The notes below the pieces were generated by a model, which worked only from the letters and a program-made list of their open reading frames with translations, did no database searches and was not told the DNA's origin. From positions 160,001 to 224,000 of the forward strand of contig JBCBZT010000005.1 of assembly GCA_039815185.1 (NCBI GenBank): a stretch of DNA of 64,000 nt. Reading direction: 5' to 3'. The position numbers were made by a program, and so were the translations under genes. The first letter of the stretch is position 1. Every line of letters starts with the position of its first letter. Source of the stretch: Cyanobacteria bacterium P01_A01_bin.123 (GTDB lineage: Bacteria > Cyanobacteriota > Cyanobacteriia > Phormidesmidales > Phormidesmidaceae). This document shows, in pieces, positions 1 to 9,851 of this stretch.

Positions 1-1879
1 GCAGAAATCTTGCTCCGTTAGGGTTACGGGCTACATTCTCCCGTTCTTCAGTATCGGTTTGGTAGTCTGCTAACTCATCCCTGCGATCGCTGACATCTTC
101 ATATTCGACTATCACCACTTGCCTTTGGTCGAAGGCGATTGAGTATCCGCTGTCTTTCAAATAAATGCTGTCGTAACCTTTGGCCCTCAGAAACTGGTGT
201 ACCGCGACCGCATCAATGCCGTTTGACTGGTCACCCTCAAAATTTTGTCCAAGCCTTGCCATTTCGGAAACGGTTGATACATAAGGGTTCTGAACTTTTG
301 TGACAGCCGTTACGATTCCAATGTCATTTCCATGAGCATAGCGTGCATAATGCTCGCCAATACTGCGATCAACGCCCATATAGAAGCCCATGCCATAAAG
401 CCCTCGCCTATTGCGCTCTGGCTGCGCTCCATCGTTTGCGACTGAATCCGTTACTGTTTTCCCGTTGCCGTGGAAGAATTCGGTGCTACCAAAGTAGCTG
501 CCATCGGTATACCGCGCCGCTTCCTCTCGGGTCATTCTGGGCTTATACCCAGCGGCGTCTCGGTTAGTCAACAATGGTTGATCAACAGCCTTTTGGATAA
601 GACCCTGGAACCGCTCTCGCTCTTCAGCGCTTTGGCGATTCTGTTGAATTTGGGCATTCAGGGTCTTGTTGAGCTTAAGGTCTGCCAAGGTATTGCTTGA
701 CGGGATAAAACCATCTCTCACTGCATCAATCACATCGGCTTGATAGGCTGACTTGTTTCTGCCTGTCGCGGCTTTATACTCCGCAAAGCTTTGATTCCAT
801 GCCTGTCCGGGATCGTTCTGAGTAGCAATATCCTCTTTGTTTGCAAGGTATCGCCGGAAGTCGCGAGCGCTCAGATCGGGTATAGCGTCAGGATTGACCT
901 CGCGGGCTTTGAGGGTGGGCTTAGTCGCCTTGGGATGGGCCTTAGCTGGTGGGTCGCCTGGTTGCCAAATAGCCGTCGGTGGCTTATCCAGTTTCGCCGC
1001 CTTCTCAAATGGTGCAAGGCCGGAGTTGGGTGTGAGCCCTCGCTTGGCTAGCTCATCAATGCCCTGCTGCCGGTACTCAGCCGCGAACTTGTCATCAAAG
1101 AGTCCCTTCTCTTGCCACTCAGGCCTATAGGGGCTCAAAAAGCATCTGTCCCGAGGGTGCAAGGGATAAACTATCTTGTCAATTTCAAAGACCTTCTGAT
1201 TGCGATCGGCACAATAAACACACAGTCCTTCGCTTGGGCTGATATTCCAAAGTACGAAGTCAATCCCGTTTTCCTTGTACCGAGCCGCCGCCGACTGGTT
1301 CAGCGCCGACATCACCTCGGTGCGGGCCAGCGTCTCGGCCTTGCCCTTGGCCACACCCAACTCAGAGCGCAGCGCCGACTCAACGCGCCGCACACCCCAT
1401 CCCTGCGAGAGGCCCATGCCGATGATGGTGTTGGCCTTATCTTGAAAGTCCTCGCTGTAACGGTAGAGCCGTCGCCTGCCTTCGGTGGCTTGGTTGACAA
1501 CCGCTTCTACAGGTATGCCAGTGAAGGGCTCTAGGCTCTCATCCTCGTAAGCCTGGATGAGTTGCCCCGCCAGCTCTCCCCCGGTCTCGTTGCTAAGGGT
1601 GAGAAGCTCTTGAAACAGGCGGTCATAGTCTGCCGCCTGATTCGGGTTGAGCAGTTGCAGTAGCCCACCCATCCGATCCAGGATTAGGGTCTTTTGTTGA
1701 GCTGCGACGAGACCGCCGATAGCTGTGAGCCTTGGATATTCGGTTCTTAGCTCACGCTCCAGCGCTCGGAAGGAGGCGTCAAAAATGCCATGGATGCGGG
1801 CGATCGCGTCTGATTCGAGTCCGTCGCTGGCTCGATCAAAGCGGTCGATTAGCTGTAGGATTTCTGCCCCATCAGCCAA
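1..1879 (-). CDS. MuF (SPP1 gp7-like) head morphogenesis protein with C-terminal ADP-ribosyltransferase-like extension; runs off left edge
   Basis: Manual translation, absent from track. TTG start after GAGGA; open for >620 codons. MuF motifs AETLARTE, CVYC, LHPRDRC; then FFHGN..GLYGMGFYMG..HYA..QNPY..GYDSIYL..IAFDQRQV. Confidence 0.85.
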   Translation of the reverse strand, partial: MADGAEILQLIDRFDRASDGLESDAIARIHGIFDASFRALERELRTEYPRLTAIGGLVAAQQKTLILDRMGGLLQLLNPNQAADYDRLFQELLTLSNETGGELAGQLIQAYEDESLEPFTGIPVEAVVNQATEGRRRLYRYSEDFQDKANTIIGMGLSQGWGVRRVESALRSELGVAKGKAETLARTEVMSALNQSAAARYKENGIDFVLWNISPSEGLCVYCADRNQKVFEIDKIVYPLHPRDRCFLSPYRPEWQEKGLFDDKFAAEYRQQGIDELAKRGLTPNSGLAPFEKAAKLDKPPTAIWQPGDPPAKAHPKATKPTLKAREVNPDAIPDLSARDFRRYLANKEDIATQNDPGQAWNQSFAEYKAATGRNKSAYQADVIDAVRDGFIPSSNTLADLKLNKTLNAQIQQNRQSAEERERFQGLIQKAVDQPLLTNRDAAGYKPRMTREEAARYTDGSYFGSTEFFHGNGKTVTDSVANDGAQPERNRRGLYGMGFYMGVDRSIGEHYARYAHGNDIGIVTAVTKVQNPYVSTVSEMARLGQNFEGDQSNGIDAVAVHQFLRAKGYDSIYLKDSGYSIAFDQRQVVIVEYEDVSDRRDELADYQTDTEERENVARNPNGARFL

Positions 1880-1905
1880 GTGAAGTCCTCACGGTGTTGC
1901 GCTGT

Positions 1906-1916
1906 GAGGGTTCCTA
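1906..1916 (-). promoter_or_regulatory. Putative late promoter motif TAGGAACCCTC
   Basis: 26 nt upstream of MuF start; recurs before other late genes. Confidence 0.6.
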
Positions 1917-2030
1917 GCAGGGGAACTTGTGTTGAGGCTAAGTCTGAAGGTTGGCTATCGAAAGCGAATTAATTTTTAAGTTCAGATACAGACAGATACA
2001 GTATTAATATTTCGCAATAAATCTAATCTA

Positions 2031-3335
2031 CTATATTTTCATTTTTGCTAAGGCTCCTATTCGCTTATGAACCTGAGCACCATATCCTTCCCAATCTTCC
2101 CCTTCTGCTTTTTTGATTTCCGATAGTGTTTGAGAAGAAAGTTCGTTCAAATGTTTAATGATTTCTTGATATCCCTCTAGGATAGCTTTTTCGTCAATTT
2201 TCTTGTCTTTCAGCATCTCTATAGGCAATCCGTCATCTTTATCGGTAATTGCGTCAGTAACAATCTTTACTACTGTCATACCCTTAGATTTGATGGTCTC
2301 TTCAACAATTTTATCAAATGCTTCTGAATCCCCTACTGCATTTGCTTGGCCGATATCGTAATCTATCGGATAAAGCTTGCCGTCTTTACCAAGCACAATA
2401 TTTCCAAAATTAACTCTTCCAGTTCCTGAACCTTCATTCCAGCCAAATTTATCTCCAATGCCGATAATCATATCGACAGTAGCCATCTTGCCCATCGCCT
2501 TAAGCTCTTCATATCCAAGGACAGGCTTCTCTTTATCTTTCTTGAGCTTATCTAAGTCTTTTCCGCCTAGATCCTGCATGACTAGGACTTCATCTCCTTC
2601 TTCAAACGAAGATTTACTCCAGTCGCTTATCTTCTCCGACATCGTTTTTACTTCTGCCTCAGTGACCTTCTTTAAGGCAATTCCCGAACTTTCTACCCCA
2701 AGTTGACCTGCGAGTACCGTTGCAAATATTTCTGCCTTAGAGTCCTCACTTGACTGCTTGAGAATATAGGTTTCACCTTTAGATAATTTAATTCGGCGGA
2801 CGTATCCGTCTTCGTCATTGGCATGCAGCGTCTCTGAACTGACAACGGTAGTTAAATCAATTTTTCCCAATTCAGGTGAGCCCGTCCAATTAACTCGCTG
2901 AATAACATCCCCTTGCTGAACTTGGCTATTCGCATGTATCTGCTCATTCTGGCCAGGTACATCCTTCTCTAGTCCTGCTTGATGCTGTTCCTGCTGCCTT
3001 GGCATATCTTGCACTGTGGCAGGAGCGTTAATCTGTTGCACTGCCTGGGATGCTATCCGATCTGCCTCCTGCTCGTACCTGTCATTTGGCTGCCCAATCA
3101 TCAACTTGGCCTGGAGTGGTTGGCCCATGGCAGGAATTGGCTCATGGTTAATAGAAAAAGTTTGCTGTTTGGTTAGATCAAAGCCTTTTGATGTAGGTTC
3201 TATGCCTGCTTGAGTCTCGTTTCCTTGTGACGTTTGAATGCTGTTATCTTGAAAAGGTCTTGTTTGTAATAGCTTTGAGGCTGACAAGATAGATTTATCT
3301 TGTTCTTTCTTTCTGATATATTGCCGTATTTTCAT
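2031..3335 (-). CDS. Effector-like protein: QAKL..EQEAD leader plus atypical kinase (actin-fragmin/PI3-4K/HipA-like) domain
   Basis: QAKLMIGQPNDRYEQEADRIA; IQR; YILKQ, EIFA, DMIIGIGDKF..NFGNI..IDYD; AT-rich. Confidence 0.65.
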   Translation of the reverse strand: MKIRQYIRKKEQDKSILSASKLLQTRPFQDNSIQTSQGNETQAGIEPTSKGFDLTKQQTFSINHEPIPAMGQPLQAKLMIGQPNDRYEQEADRIASQAVQQINAPATVQDMPRQQEQHQAGLEKDVPGQNEQIHANSQVQQGDVIQRVNWTGSPELGKIDLTTVVSSETLHANDEDGYVRRIKLSKGETYILKQSSEDSKAEIFATVLAGQLGVESSGIALKKVTEAEVKTMSEKISDWSKSSFEEGDEVLVMQDLGGKDLDKLKKDKEKPVLGYEELKAMGKMATVDMIIGIGDKFGWNEGSGTGRVNFGNIVLGKDGKLYPIDYDIGQANAVGDSEAFDKIVEETIKSKGMTVVKIVTDAITDKDDGLPIEMLKDKKIDEKAILEGYQEIIKHLNELSSQTLSEIKKAEGEDWEGYGAQVHKRIGALAKMKI

Positions 3336-3499
3336 AGCCAGCCCTTTGTCTCCCTATGTGTAACATCCGCATCAACTTATAAGAAGGGCACTCTGATACT
3401 TACGATAGCCTTTCCTTAGCAGCCATTGGCATCTCCCGCAAAGCCTGGGAAGCTCTTGAGGAGAGGTTGTTGAAGCTCTAGTAGAACCCTACCCCAATA

Positions 3500-3510
3500 T
3501 AGGAACCCTC
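3500..3510 (+). promoter_or_regulatory. Putative late promoter motif TAGGAACCCTC
   Basis: 25 nt upstream of portal ATG. Confidence 0.6.
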
Positions 3511-3535
3511 CTGACGTCCAAACCAACCCAATCGC

Positions 3536-4975
3536 ATGGATGTCAGACGCCAGAGGGAAATCCAGCAAAACATCAAAGTCTTTCAAGGCGACTTCTGGCC
3601 TGATTTCTGGATAGGCCCAACCGTTCCCCCATCTGCCCCAGACTACACCGACAAGATGGCGAAGCTGGAGCGGGTCTTCCAGTCCGCCAATATCATCCAG
3701 GAATGCGTCAACAACTGGCGAGATGGGCTGATTTCAGAGCCCTTCACTTGGTATCTCAAAGGCCAAGATGGAGAGCGGGTAGATTCTGAAAGCGATACCA
3801 CCGCAGCAGAAGCAGAGATTGAGCTACAGCGTTGGATTGACTGGGTAGAGCAGCAGGCCATCATCGCTGACCCCCATTGCAGCAACTTTCAGCAGGCTGA
3901 TCCTTGGGCAGAGTTCGTGCTATCCCTTGGTGTCACTGGAGAAGGAGCACTCAGGCTCTGGCAACCCGCTCGATATGCTGATGCGGCTGATCCGATCCAT
4001 CGCATCCATCTGCATGTCCCCAAAGCAGGCAGCGTCGCCATCAAACGCAATGACGCGGATGGCTTCATTGATGAGATTTCCTATAGCTACAACAACGGTA
4101 CTGAAGTACAGACGATGGAAGGCGATCGCGTGATGGTGACGATGGGTGATGATGCCCTCGCGATCGACACTGGAGGGCGGTGGTTAACCCAGTATGTGAA
4201 TGCGCCGTCTTTGCTGTCGTCGTCGGTTAAGCGGCTGCAATCGGCTGTTTGTCATGCCGTCACTATGCTGACTAGAAATACCGAAATTTCGGGCTTCAGA
4301 GAGCGCGTCTTCATGAATGCCGAATACCCAACCGATGACGACGGCAACCCCATTGACGTGCAACGTGGCCCAGGCATCGACACCTACACCTATGGCTTGC
4401 CGACCGGAGACCCTACTAATCCTGGCTACACCCCAGTGGGTGTGTATGAATCGCAGCCCGTCGATAACGCCAGCCTGACTGCGGCGATTGAGACCTACAG
4501 ACGCTTAATCTACATGCAGTTCAACCAGGGGCATCTGCTGAGTGCGGGGGACGGTTCACTGAGCGGTGAATCCAGAATCCAAATGAGGTCTCAGTTTGAG
4601 CTGAACTTGAAGGGTTGGAAGCGTCGCGTGGAGAGCGCGATCTCAAACACGCTCAATATTGTGCTCAGGGTGCTGGGCTATGAGGGGTATGAGGTTTCGC
4701 TTTCGCTGAATACCAGCAGTGGCAAATTAAGCAGTGAAGAGCAGCAAGCCGTCATTGCTGAATTTCAGGCGGGATTGTTGAGCAAAACCACTGCCATCTC
4801 GAAGCTGGGCTCTGTTCGCGATCCTGATGCAGAGCTGACCCTAATCGCGGAAGAAGAGGCTGAGGCATCGGCATCGAGGGATCTGAATCCAGATATCCCT
4901 AATCAGCCGTTGATGAATCCCTTGGACAAAGCAAAAGAAACGGTTCCTAGTCAAGCAGAAACCCCCACAGTATAA
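3536..4975 (+). CDS. Phage portal protein (inverted relative to module)
   Basis: 479 aa; SGES motif, GLLSKTTAI..DPDAEL C-terminus typical of SPP1-like portals; between terL and MuF. Confidence 0.75.
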   Translation: MDVRRQREIQQNIKVFQGDFWPDFWIGPTVPPSAPDYTDKMAKLERVFQSANIIQECVNNWRDGLISEPFTWYLKGQDGERVDSESDTTAAEAEIELQRWIDWVEQQAIIADPHCSNFQQADPWAEFVLSLGVTGEGALRLWQPARYADAADPIHRIHLHVPKAGSVAIKRNDADGFIDEISYSYNNGTEVQTMEGDRVMVTMGDDALAIDTGGRWLTQYVNAPSLLSSSVKRLQSAVCHAVTMLTRNTEISGFRERVFMNAEYPTDDDGNPIDVQRGPGIDTYTYGLPTGDPTNPGYTPVGVYESQPVDNASLTAAIETYRRLIYMQFNQGHLLSAGDGSLSGESRIQMRSQFELNLKGWKRRVESAISNTLNIVLRVLGYEGYEVSLSLNTSSGKLSSEEQQAVIAEFQAGLLSKTTAISKLGSVRDPDAELTLIAEEEAEASASRDLNPDIPNQPLMNPLDKAKETVPSQAETPTV

Positions 4976-5074
4976 GCACTGTGAGGGTTCCGTCCATTCC
5001 ACCCCTCTCCGATCCTTTCCCGGCCACGCCATGCCATCCCGTTCTAGTCCGCGCCTGACCTTTCCAGCCCCTTA

Positions 5075-5360
5075 ACCTAGCTCATCAGATGGGGTTAACT
5101 CTAACCGTGCTTGAGCAAAGCCCAGAATCTGAGTGGCAATATCCTGATCCCGCGCCTCTACCAACACACGCCACCGGGGTAATGTTGCTGCCAATGGGTA
5201 CGGGCATATTGCAGGGACAGCTCAGTCTTACCAATGCCACCCATGCCTGCAATAGCAGTGATCGCCACCTGCTGAGACTGCTGGAGTTGCGCGTAGAGTT
5301 GTTGCAAATCCTCGTCACGACCGACGAAGTGCTGGGTACATTTGCGGGGTGTGACGAGTT
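5075..5360 (-). pseudogene. NB-ARC/STAND NTPase fragment
   Basis: Manual translation FVGRDEDLQQL..AITAIAGMGGIGKTELSLQYA..YPGGVCW*, then frameshifted EARDQDIATQILGFA. Confidence 0.75.
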
Positions 5361-5558
5361 TTTGTAGGTCAGCACCGCAGGGGCCGCGAGCCAGGAACAG
5401 GCCTGCCGTTTAACACGTCGTTGCATCTGACACCGGCACCCCTTGAGCCTACTCGGGTTGGGGAGGCCTCTGGTGTCCTGCTTCTTAGTATTCTTGACCC
5501 AACTTGTTCAGCGGCCGATGTAGCTGAACTTCATGACGTTATGCCTCATCTATTGTAA

Positions 5559-6395
5559 GTGCTTATGAAAAGAAACCGAATTCTAAACAGAATAAAGAGT
5601 ATCCGACACTCATATTCTTATATTCGACACAGTGTGTTTAATAGTGATCTTCCCGAGTCAGTGTATTTTTATACCTTTCACAAGTGTGCAAGCACTCTTT
5701 TCAGTAGGTATGTGTTGAAGAACATAGATGGGCTGCATAATATAGACTACGCATCTCAGATATATTCAGGTAGCAGAAATGTGCAAAGAAAATTAACTTT
5801 CACAAAAAGGGGCGTCATTTATGGTCCGATCCGAATTTCTGCCGACGAGACAGATCCTGTTGGAAAGGTGCTAGTAAAGCCGACAACTGATCACGGTTTT
5901 ATACGAGATAAAATCGCGTTATTTTTTGTGCGAGATCCACGTGATATTTTGGTTTCATCTTACTATTCATTTGGTTTTACACATGGTTTGAGCAGAGTAG
6001 ATGAAATACGTGAACGGCAAGAAGCTCGTAGAAAAATAATCCGCGAGCAGACGCTAGATGAATATGTTTTGCAGTCAGTGGAAAATCAAATCAATTTATT
6101 CAGCATTCTTTATGATCTGTCTAACGCCTGTGAACGTAGTGTCATTCTTAAGTATGAAGATATGATCAATGATTTTGATACGTTCGTTAAGCAACTCCTC
6201 AGATATGTTTCTCTTAGCGATGGCATCATTCAGGGCTGTTATGAGAGATCGCGCCCTAAAATGACAGAAGACAAGACATCTCACCGCCGCTCAGGACATG
6301 TTCAGGGTTTCAGGCATAAGCTCGAAGAAGACACTATTGAAACTCTTAATAGAAAGCTCGCAGATACTCTAACTTTATTTGGATATAAGGCCTAA
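5559..6395 (+). CDS. Sulfotransferase-domain protein (AT-rich moron)
   Basis: FHKCAST 5'-PSB loop, VRDPRDILVSSY, LKYEDM, HRRSG. Confidence 0.8.
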   Translation: MLMKRNRILNRIKSIRHSYSYIRHSVFNSDLPESVYFYTFHKCASTLFSRYVLKNIDGLHNIDYASQIYSGSRNVQRKLTFTKRGVIYGPIRISADETDPVGKVLVKPTTDHGFIRDKIALFFVRDPRDILVSSYYSFGFTHGLSRVDEIRERQEARRKIIREQTLDEYVLQSVENQINLFSILYDLSNACERSVILKYEDMINDFDTFVKQLLRYVSLSDGIIQGCYERSRPKMTEDKTSHRRSGHVQGFRHKLEEDTIETLNRKLADTLTLFGYKA

Positions 6396-6650
6396 TCGGG
6401 ATAGGGGGCTCTGTTTCAAAACCACGGAGTAGATCGTTTGATGGGAAGGCTGATCGCATCTGCCCCCCATGTCTGCTTCACCCCCATTCAGGTTCTGTCG
6501 CAAAAAGATTGGGAGATGAGCTTAGGGGGTATATTGTTTCAGATCATCCCCTCGTCAGCTCTGTGAAATCTTGGGGCTTGAAGATTGGGAAAATCTGAGC
6601 ATTCAACGGCTGTATCGATTTCTTGATCAGAAAGCTCTCGGATTTGCATA

Positions 6651-6848
6651 TCAAGGCTCGGTTGAGCGGCTATACCTGAATCTTAATGTCCCCACAAGTG
6701 GTTTTGACACCCGCTCCAAATGCCCCATCTTTTCGGCGTACTCAGGGGCGGTCTGAGGAACCGTTGGGCCAATCCACGACTTAAAATGGTCGCCCTGGAA
6801 ATAGCGCAAATGCTCTTGTATATGGGCGTTTGGCAGGTTTTTGCGCAT
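6651..6848 (-). pseudogene. Truncated portal paralog (N-terminal ~47 aa)
   Basis: FQGDHFKSWIGPTVPQTAPEYAEKMGHLERV matches the N-terminus of 3536..4975; directly downstream of terL. Confidence 0.8.
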
Positions 6849-6887
6849 CCCGGCGAGGTTGTGGCTGAGTCGCGGGGATGGTTCCTA

Positions 6888-8222
6888 TCACCAATTCATC
6901 TGAGATCGCGCCCGATGAGTCCGCTCCCGTCTTGGCTTAATGAAAGAGGCCAGGGCATAGCGGACGGCGTCCCACAAGTGGTTGTGTTTGTCGATGATCT
7001 TGTCGAGCACCTCATTGGTGTACGGATCGACCTTGCGCTGATAGAGCATCGCTTCTTCAGTCATGTACTTGCAGCGAGAGTGGATGACAATCTTCTCGTA
7101 GCTACGCAGATGCTCGATGCCGTCCTCAACTGACCCAGGCCACTTCTTGCAACCCCGTAGCTGAGGGATGGGTGTTGCCCCAAGATCGCCGATGTTCTGC
7201 GACCTACCCTTACGGACGTGCTTGATGGTTTCCGGGCGTGAGCAGTCCGCCTCCACCACATGGCGTTCAATACCAGGAACGTCGCGCACCCAATGCCGTC
7301 CAATCTCGTCAAGCCCCAAGTCCCACTCATAGGATTCATGCTCGATGTAGATGCAGCGGTTATGCAGCCACACCTTGACTGCCGCTGTGGGGTCTGGGCC
7401 AAAACCCCAATCTGCGCCGTAGTATGGCCCTGCCCAATCCGCACCCGGTTCAAAGTCATCAACGACCCACTTGCCATGGAAGATCTGGGCCTTGGAGTAC
7501 TTGATGCAATTGCCGTTCCAGATGTTGTCATAGCGGTCTGGGTCGGTGCGTTGCATCCGCCGCCGTTCTTCATCTAGTTCAGCGGTGAAGTGGGGGTTTT
7601 GGTTCCAATTCACCCGCGCCGTGTAGTCTTCTGCCTCAGCGTTGACCACGAAGCGCTGATACATCGGGTCTGACTCTAGGCGCGGGTTGAAGGTTACCCA
7701 AATCTCAGAGCCTGGTTCCCGGATGGTGGGCACCAACACGTCCCAAGACTCCTGAGTAACCGTCTCAGCCTCTTCTATCCAGACGTGGGTGAGACCCGCT
7801 GTTGATTTGATTGAAGCGACATTATGCCGGAGCCCTTTGAAGATAAAGCTTGTGCCGTTTGCGCCTCTGATTTCAGTGTCCAAAACGGTGTAGAAGTCGC
7901 CCATCCCAAGGGCTTCAATGCGTCGCTTGAGTAGGTGATGAACCGAGTCCTTGATTGAGTTCTGGAATTCACGAGCACAAAGCACACGGATCGGACGCTG
8001 CGCACCTTCAATCAACAGGGCGTCAGTTGCTGCATACGATTTCCCAGAGCCACGCCCGCCCCATAGGCACTTGTAACGGCGTGGCTCTAATAGCGGCTTA
8101 GCCCAAGGTGCCAGACCCGCGATCGCCGCCTCGATTACAGCCGGGTCTACAGAGTGCGATTCAGATAGGCCAAATTCCTGTTCTACCGCCTCCAGTAGAG
8201 CATCTAAGCCCCTTGTCCCCAT
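6888..8222 (-). CDS. terL: PBSX-family terminase large subunit
   Basis: WGGRGSGKS, REFQNSIKDS, WIEEAE, TFNP, GADWG, HLWDAVRYA. Confidence 0.95.
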   Translation of the reverse strand: MGTRGLDALLEAVEQEFGLSESHSVDPAVIEAAIAGLAPWAKPLLEPRRYKCLWGGRGSGKSYAATDALLIEGAQRPIRVLCAREFQNSIKDSVHHLLKRRIEALGMGDFYTVLDTEIRGANGTSFIFKGLRHNVASIKSTAGLTHVWIEEAETVTQESWDVLVPTIREPGSEIWVTFNPRLESDPMYQRFVVNAEAEDYTARVNWNQNPHFTAELDEERRRMQRTDPDRYDNIWNGNCIKYSKAQIFHGKWVVDDFEPGADWAGPYYGADWGFGPDPTAAVKVWLHNRCIYIEHESYEWDLGLDEIGRHWVRDVPGIERHVVEADCSRPETIKHVRKGRSQNIGDLGATPIPQLRGCKKWPGSVEDGIEHLRSYEKIVIHSRCKYMTEEAMLYQRKVDPYTNEVLDKIIDKHNHLWDAVRYALASFIKPRRERTHRARSQMNW

Positions 8223-8698
8223 CCCATCTCCCTGAGCCCTTTCGCTAGCTCACGGGGATTGCGGTAGCGCTCAAGCACTAGGGCCAGCAAAGCCTCGTCA
8301 TCAATAGGCTTAAGCTTCAGGCGTAGCTCAATCAGCTTGGTTAGGCCATTGACCCCAGCAGCAAAACTGCCGGGGAAAACATGAGTGGAAATCTCGCCCC
8401 TGCACTCGTCAATAGCGCTATCAACAAGCTTGAGAAGGCTGTCTAGAGTGTCGTATTCACCAGGCTCGATGGTGCGCTGCGGTGCTCTAGGTGCTGCCTT
8501 GGGTTGACGCGGGCGATCGAAGCTGACAACCTTGATGGGCTCTGGCTTCGGGAGGCTATTGCGTAGGGTTTCCCAGTGGTCAGCCGCCTTCCATCGGCCC
8601 ACCTGCTTACGAGACATGCCAATCTGTTGGGCAATGTCGCTGATGCTGATGCCCTGCATATAAAGCGCCTTCGCCTGTTCTCGCTTGCTGTTTGCCAT
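8204..8698 (-). CDS. terS: Terminase small subunit (N-terminal HTH)
   Basis: REQAKALYMQG..IAQQIG..VGRWK..W; overlaps terL start. Confidence 0.75.
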   Translation of the reverse strand: MANSKREQAKALYMQGISISDIAQQIGMSRKQVGRWKAADHWETLRNSLPKPEPIKVVSFDRPRQPKAAPRAPQRTIEPGEYDTLDSLLKLVDSAIDECRGEISTHVFPGSFAAGVNGLTKLIELRLKLKPIDDEALLALVLERYRNPRELAKGLREMGWGQGA

Positions 8699-8881
8699 GT
8701 CCCTTTCGGTGTCTCAGGACGAGAGTTCCTATGGGCAAGGGTTTGGGGGTCATGTGTCCCGCGAGATGTCCCACAGCGCTGGAGCAGGGATTTGGGGTTG
8801 AGGGGTTGGGGATGGGGTGGCAGCACCACTACCACAGGGCACAGGAACCCTCACGACGTAAACGTTTACGGAATAGTGGAA

Positions 8882-9100
8882 ATGGCAGGCAAAACCAACA
8901 GCCCCAGCGGTAAGCCCAGAGAAGTTGTGAGCATTCGTATCGACCCAGATCTAAGAGATTGGGCCAGCGAGAACGACATACTTTTGGTTCCACTCGTAGA
9001 GAAGGAGTTACTGAGGCTCCAAGGCGTTCAAAGGCGCTCCGTTGCTGGCAAGGGATTCAAACGCACGAAAAAATCCCCATCGAAATCTCGACGGGGATAA
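8882..9100 (+). CDS. Small ribbon-helix-helix-like protein
   Basis: VVSIRIDPDLRDWA; ATG at 8882, 29 nt after CAGGAACCCTC. Confidence 0.5.
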   Translation: MAGKTNSPSGKPREVVSIRIDPDLRDWASENDILLVPLVEKELLRLQGVQRRSVAGKGFKRTKKSPSKSRRG

Positions 9101-9123
9101 AGCAGGGAGCTTGAAAACGAAAA

Positions 9124-9399
9124 CTACGAGGCCACCTTCTCCTTAAACGCCTTGCCAGCCGAAAACGCAGGCACCCGTGTCGCCGGAATGATCATGGTGT
9201 CGCCTGTCTTGGGATTACGGCCTTCACGCTCCTTTCGATCGCGAGGCTCAAAGCTGCCAAAGCCCACCAGGGTAACCTTATCGCCACTGGAAACGGCTTC
9301 AACAATTGATTCTGTGAAGGCCGTGAGCATAGCGTCAGCATCCTTCTTTGTGACGCTGGCCTTCTCAGCCACTTTTTCTACCAGTTCGCCTCTATTCAT
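9124..9399 (-). CDS. hup: HU family DNA-binding protein
   Basis: MNRGELV..VTLVGFGSF..GRNPKTG..PAFSAGKAFK. Confidence 0.95.
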   Translation of the reverse strand: MNRGELVEKVAEKASVTKKDADAMLTAFTESIVEAVSSGDKVTLVGFGSFEPRDRKEREGRNPKTGDTMIIPATRVPAFSAGKAFKEKVAS

Positions 9400-9516
9400 A
9401 AGGGGTTCAGGAATTGAGAGAAACGATACGAGCTTGTTTTAACACTGATTTATAAGGGTTTCAAGGATTTTGTAATTCTTGTGGCAAGCTTAGGGCGATA
9501 TTCTCGGAGAAAACCC

Positions 9517-9807
9517 ATGTTTGATACACAGACCAAGCCAGAAACCCCAATCGATACAACCAAAAAAGCTGAAGCGATTGCGATGATCAGGGCCGCTGAA
9601 GTTGCTCTAGCTGTTGCCCAAGCTTCTGTTGCTGAAGCTGTTGCACACGGCGAGCTTCAGCCCTGCCAATGCCTAACCATACCGTTTGCGGCTGCCCAAG
9701 GCGCAATGGAAGACGTGCGAGATCGCGTCAACAAGCGCAAAGGTGATAGAACCGAAAAAGCCAAAGAAAAGCTTGCTGAAGCTCTTTTGGCGTCGATCTC
9801 CAAGTAA
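9517..9807 (+). CDS. Hypothetical protein
   Basis: ORF with GGAGA RBS, followed by terminator. Confidence 0.55.
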   Translation: MFDTQTKPETPIDTTKKAEAIAMIRAAEVALAVAQASVAEAVAHGELQPCQCLTIPFAAAQGAMEDVRDRVNKRKGDRTEKAKEKLAEALLASISK

Positions 9808-9851
9808 AACGCTATCTTGAACCTGAGTTTGAGATTAACCCTTTTTGGGAT

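Noticed and set aside
343..1917. Short ORFs in the track (mostly + strand)
   Set aside because: Shadows of the long minus-strand MuF ORF
4939..4949. TAGGAACC hits here, at 31501 and at about 46890 as late promoters
   Set aside because: Weaker matches with no start at the 22-29 nt spacing; an 8-mer can occur by chance
8576..8881. N-terminal extension of the 174-aa ORF
   Set aside because: Overlaps terS and the promoter region; ATG at 8882 fits the motif spacing
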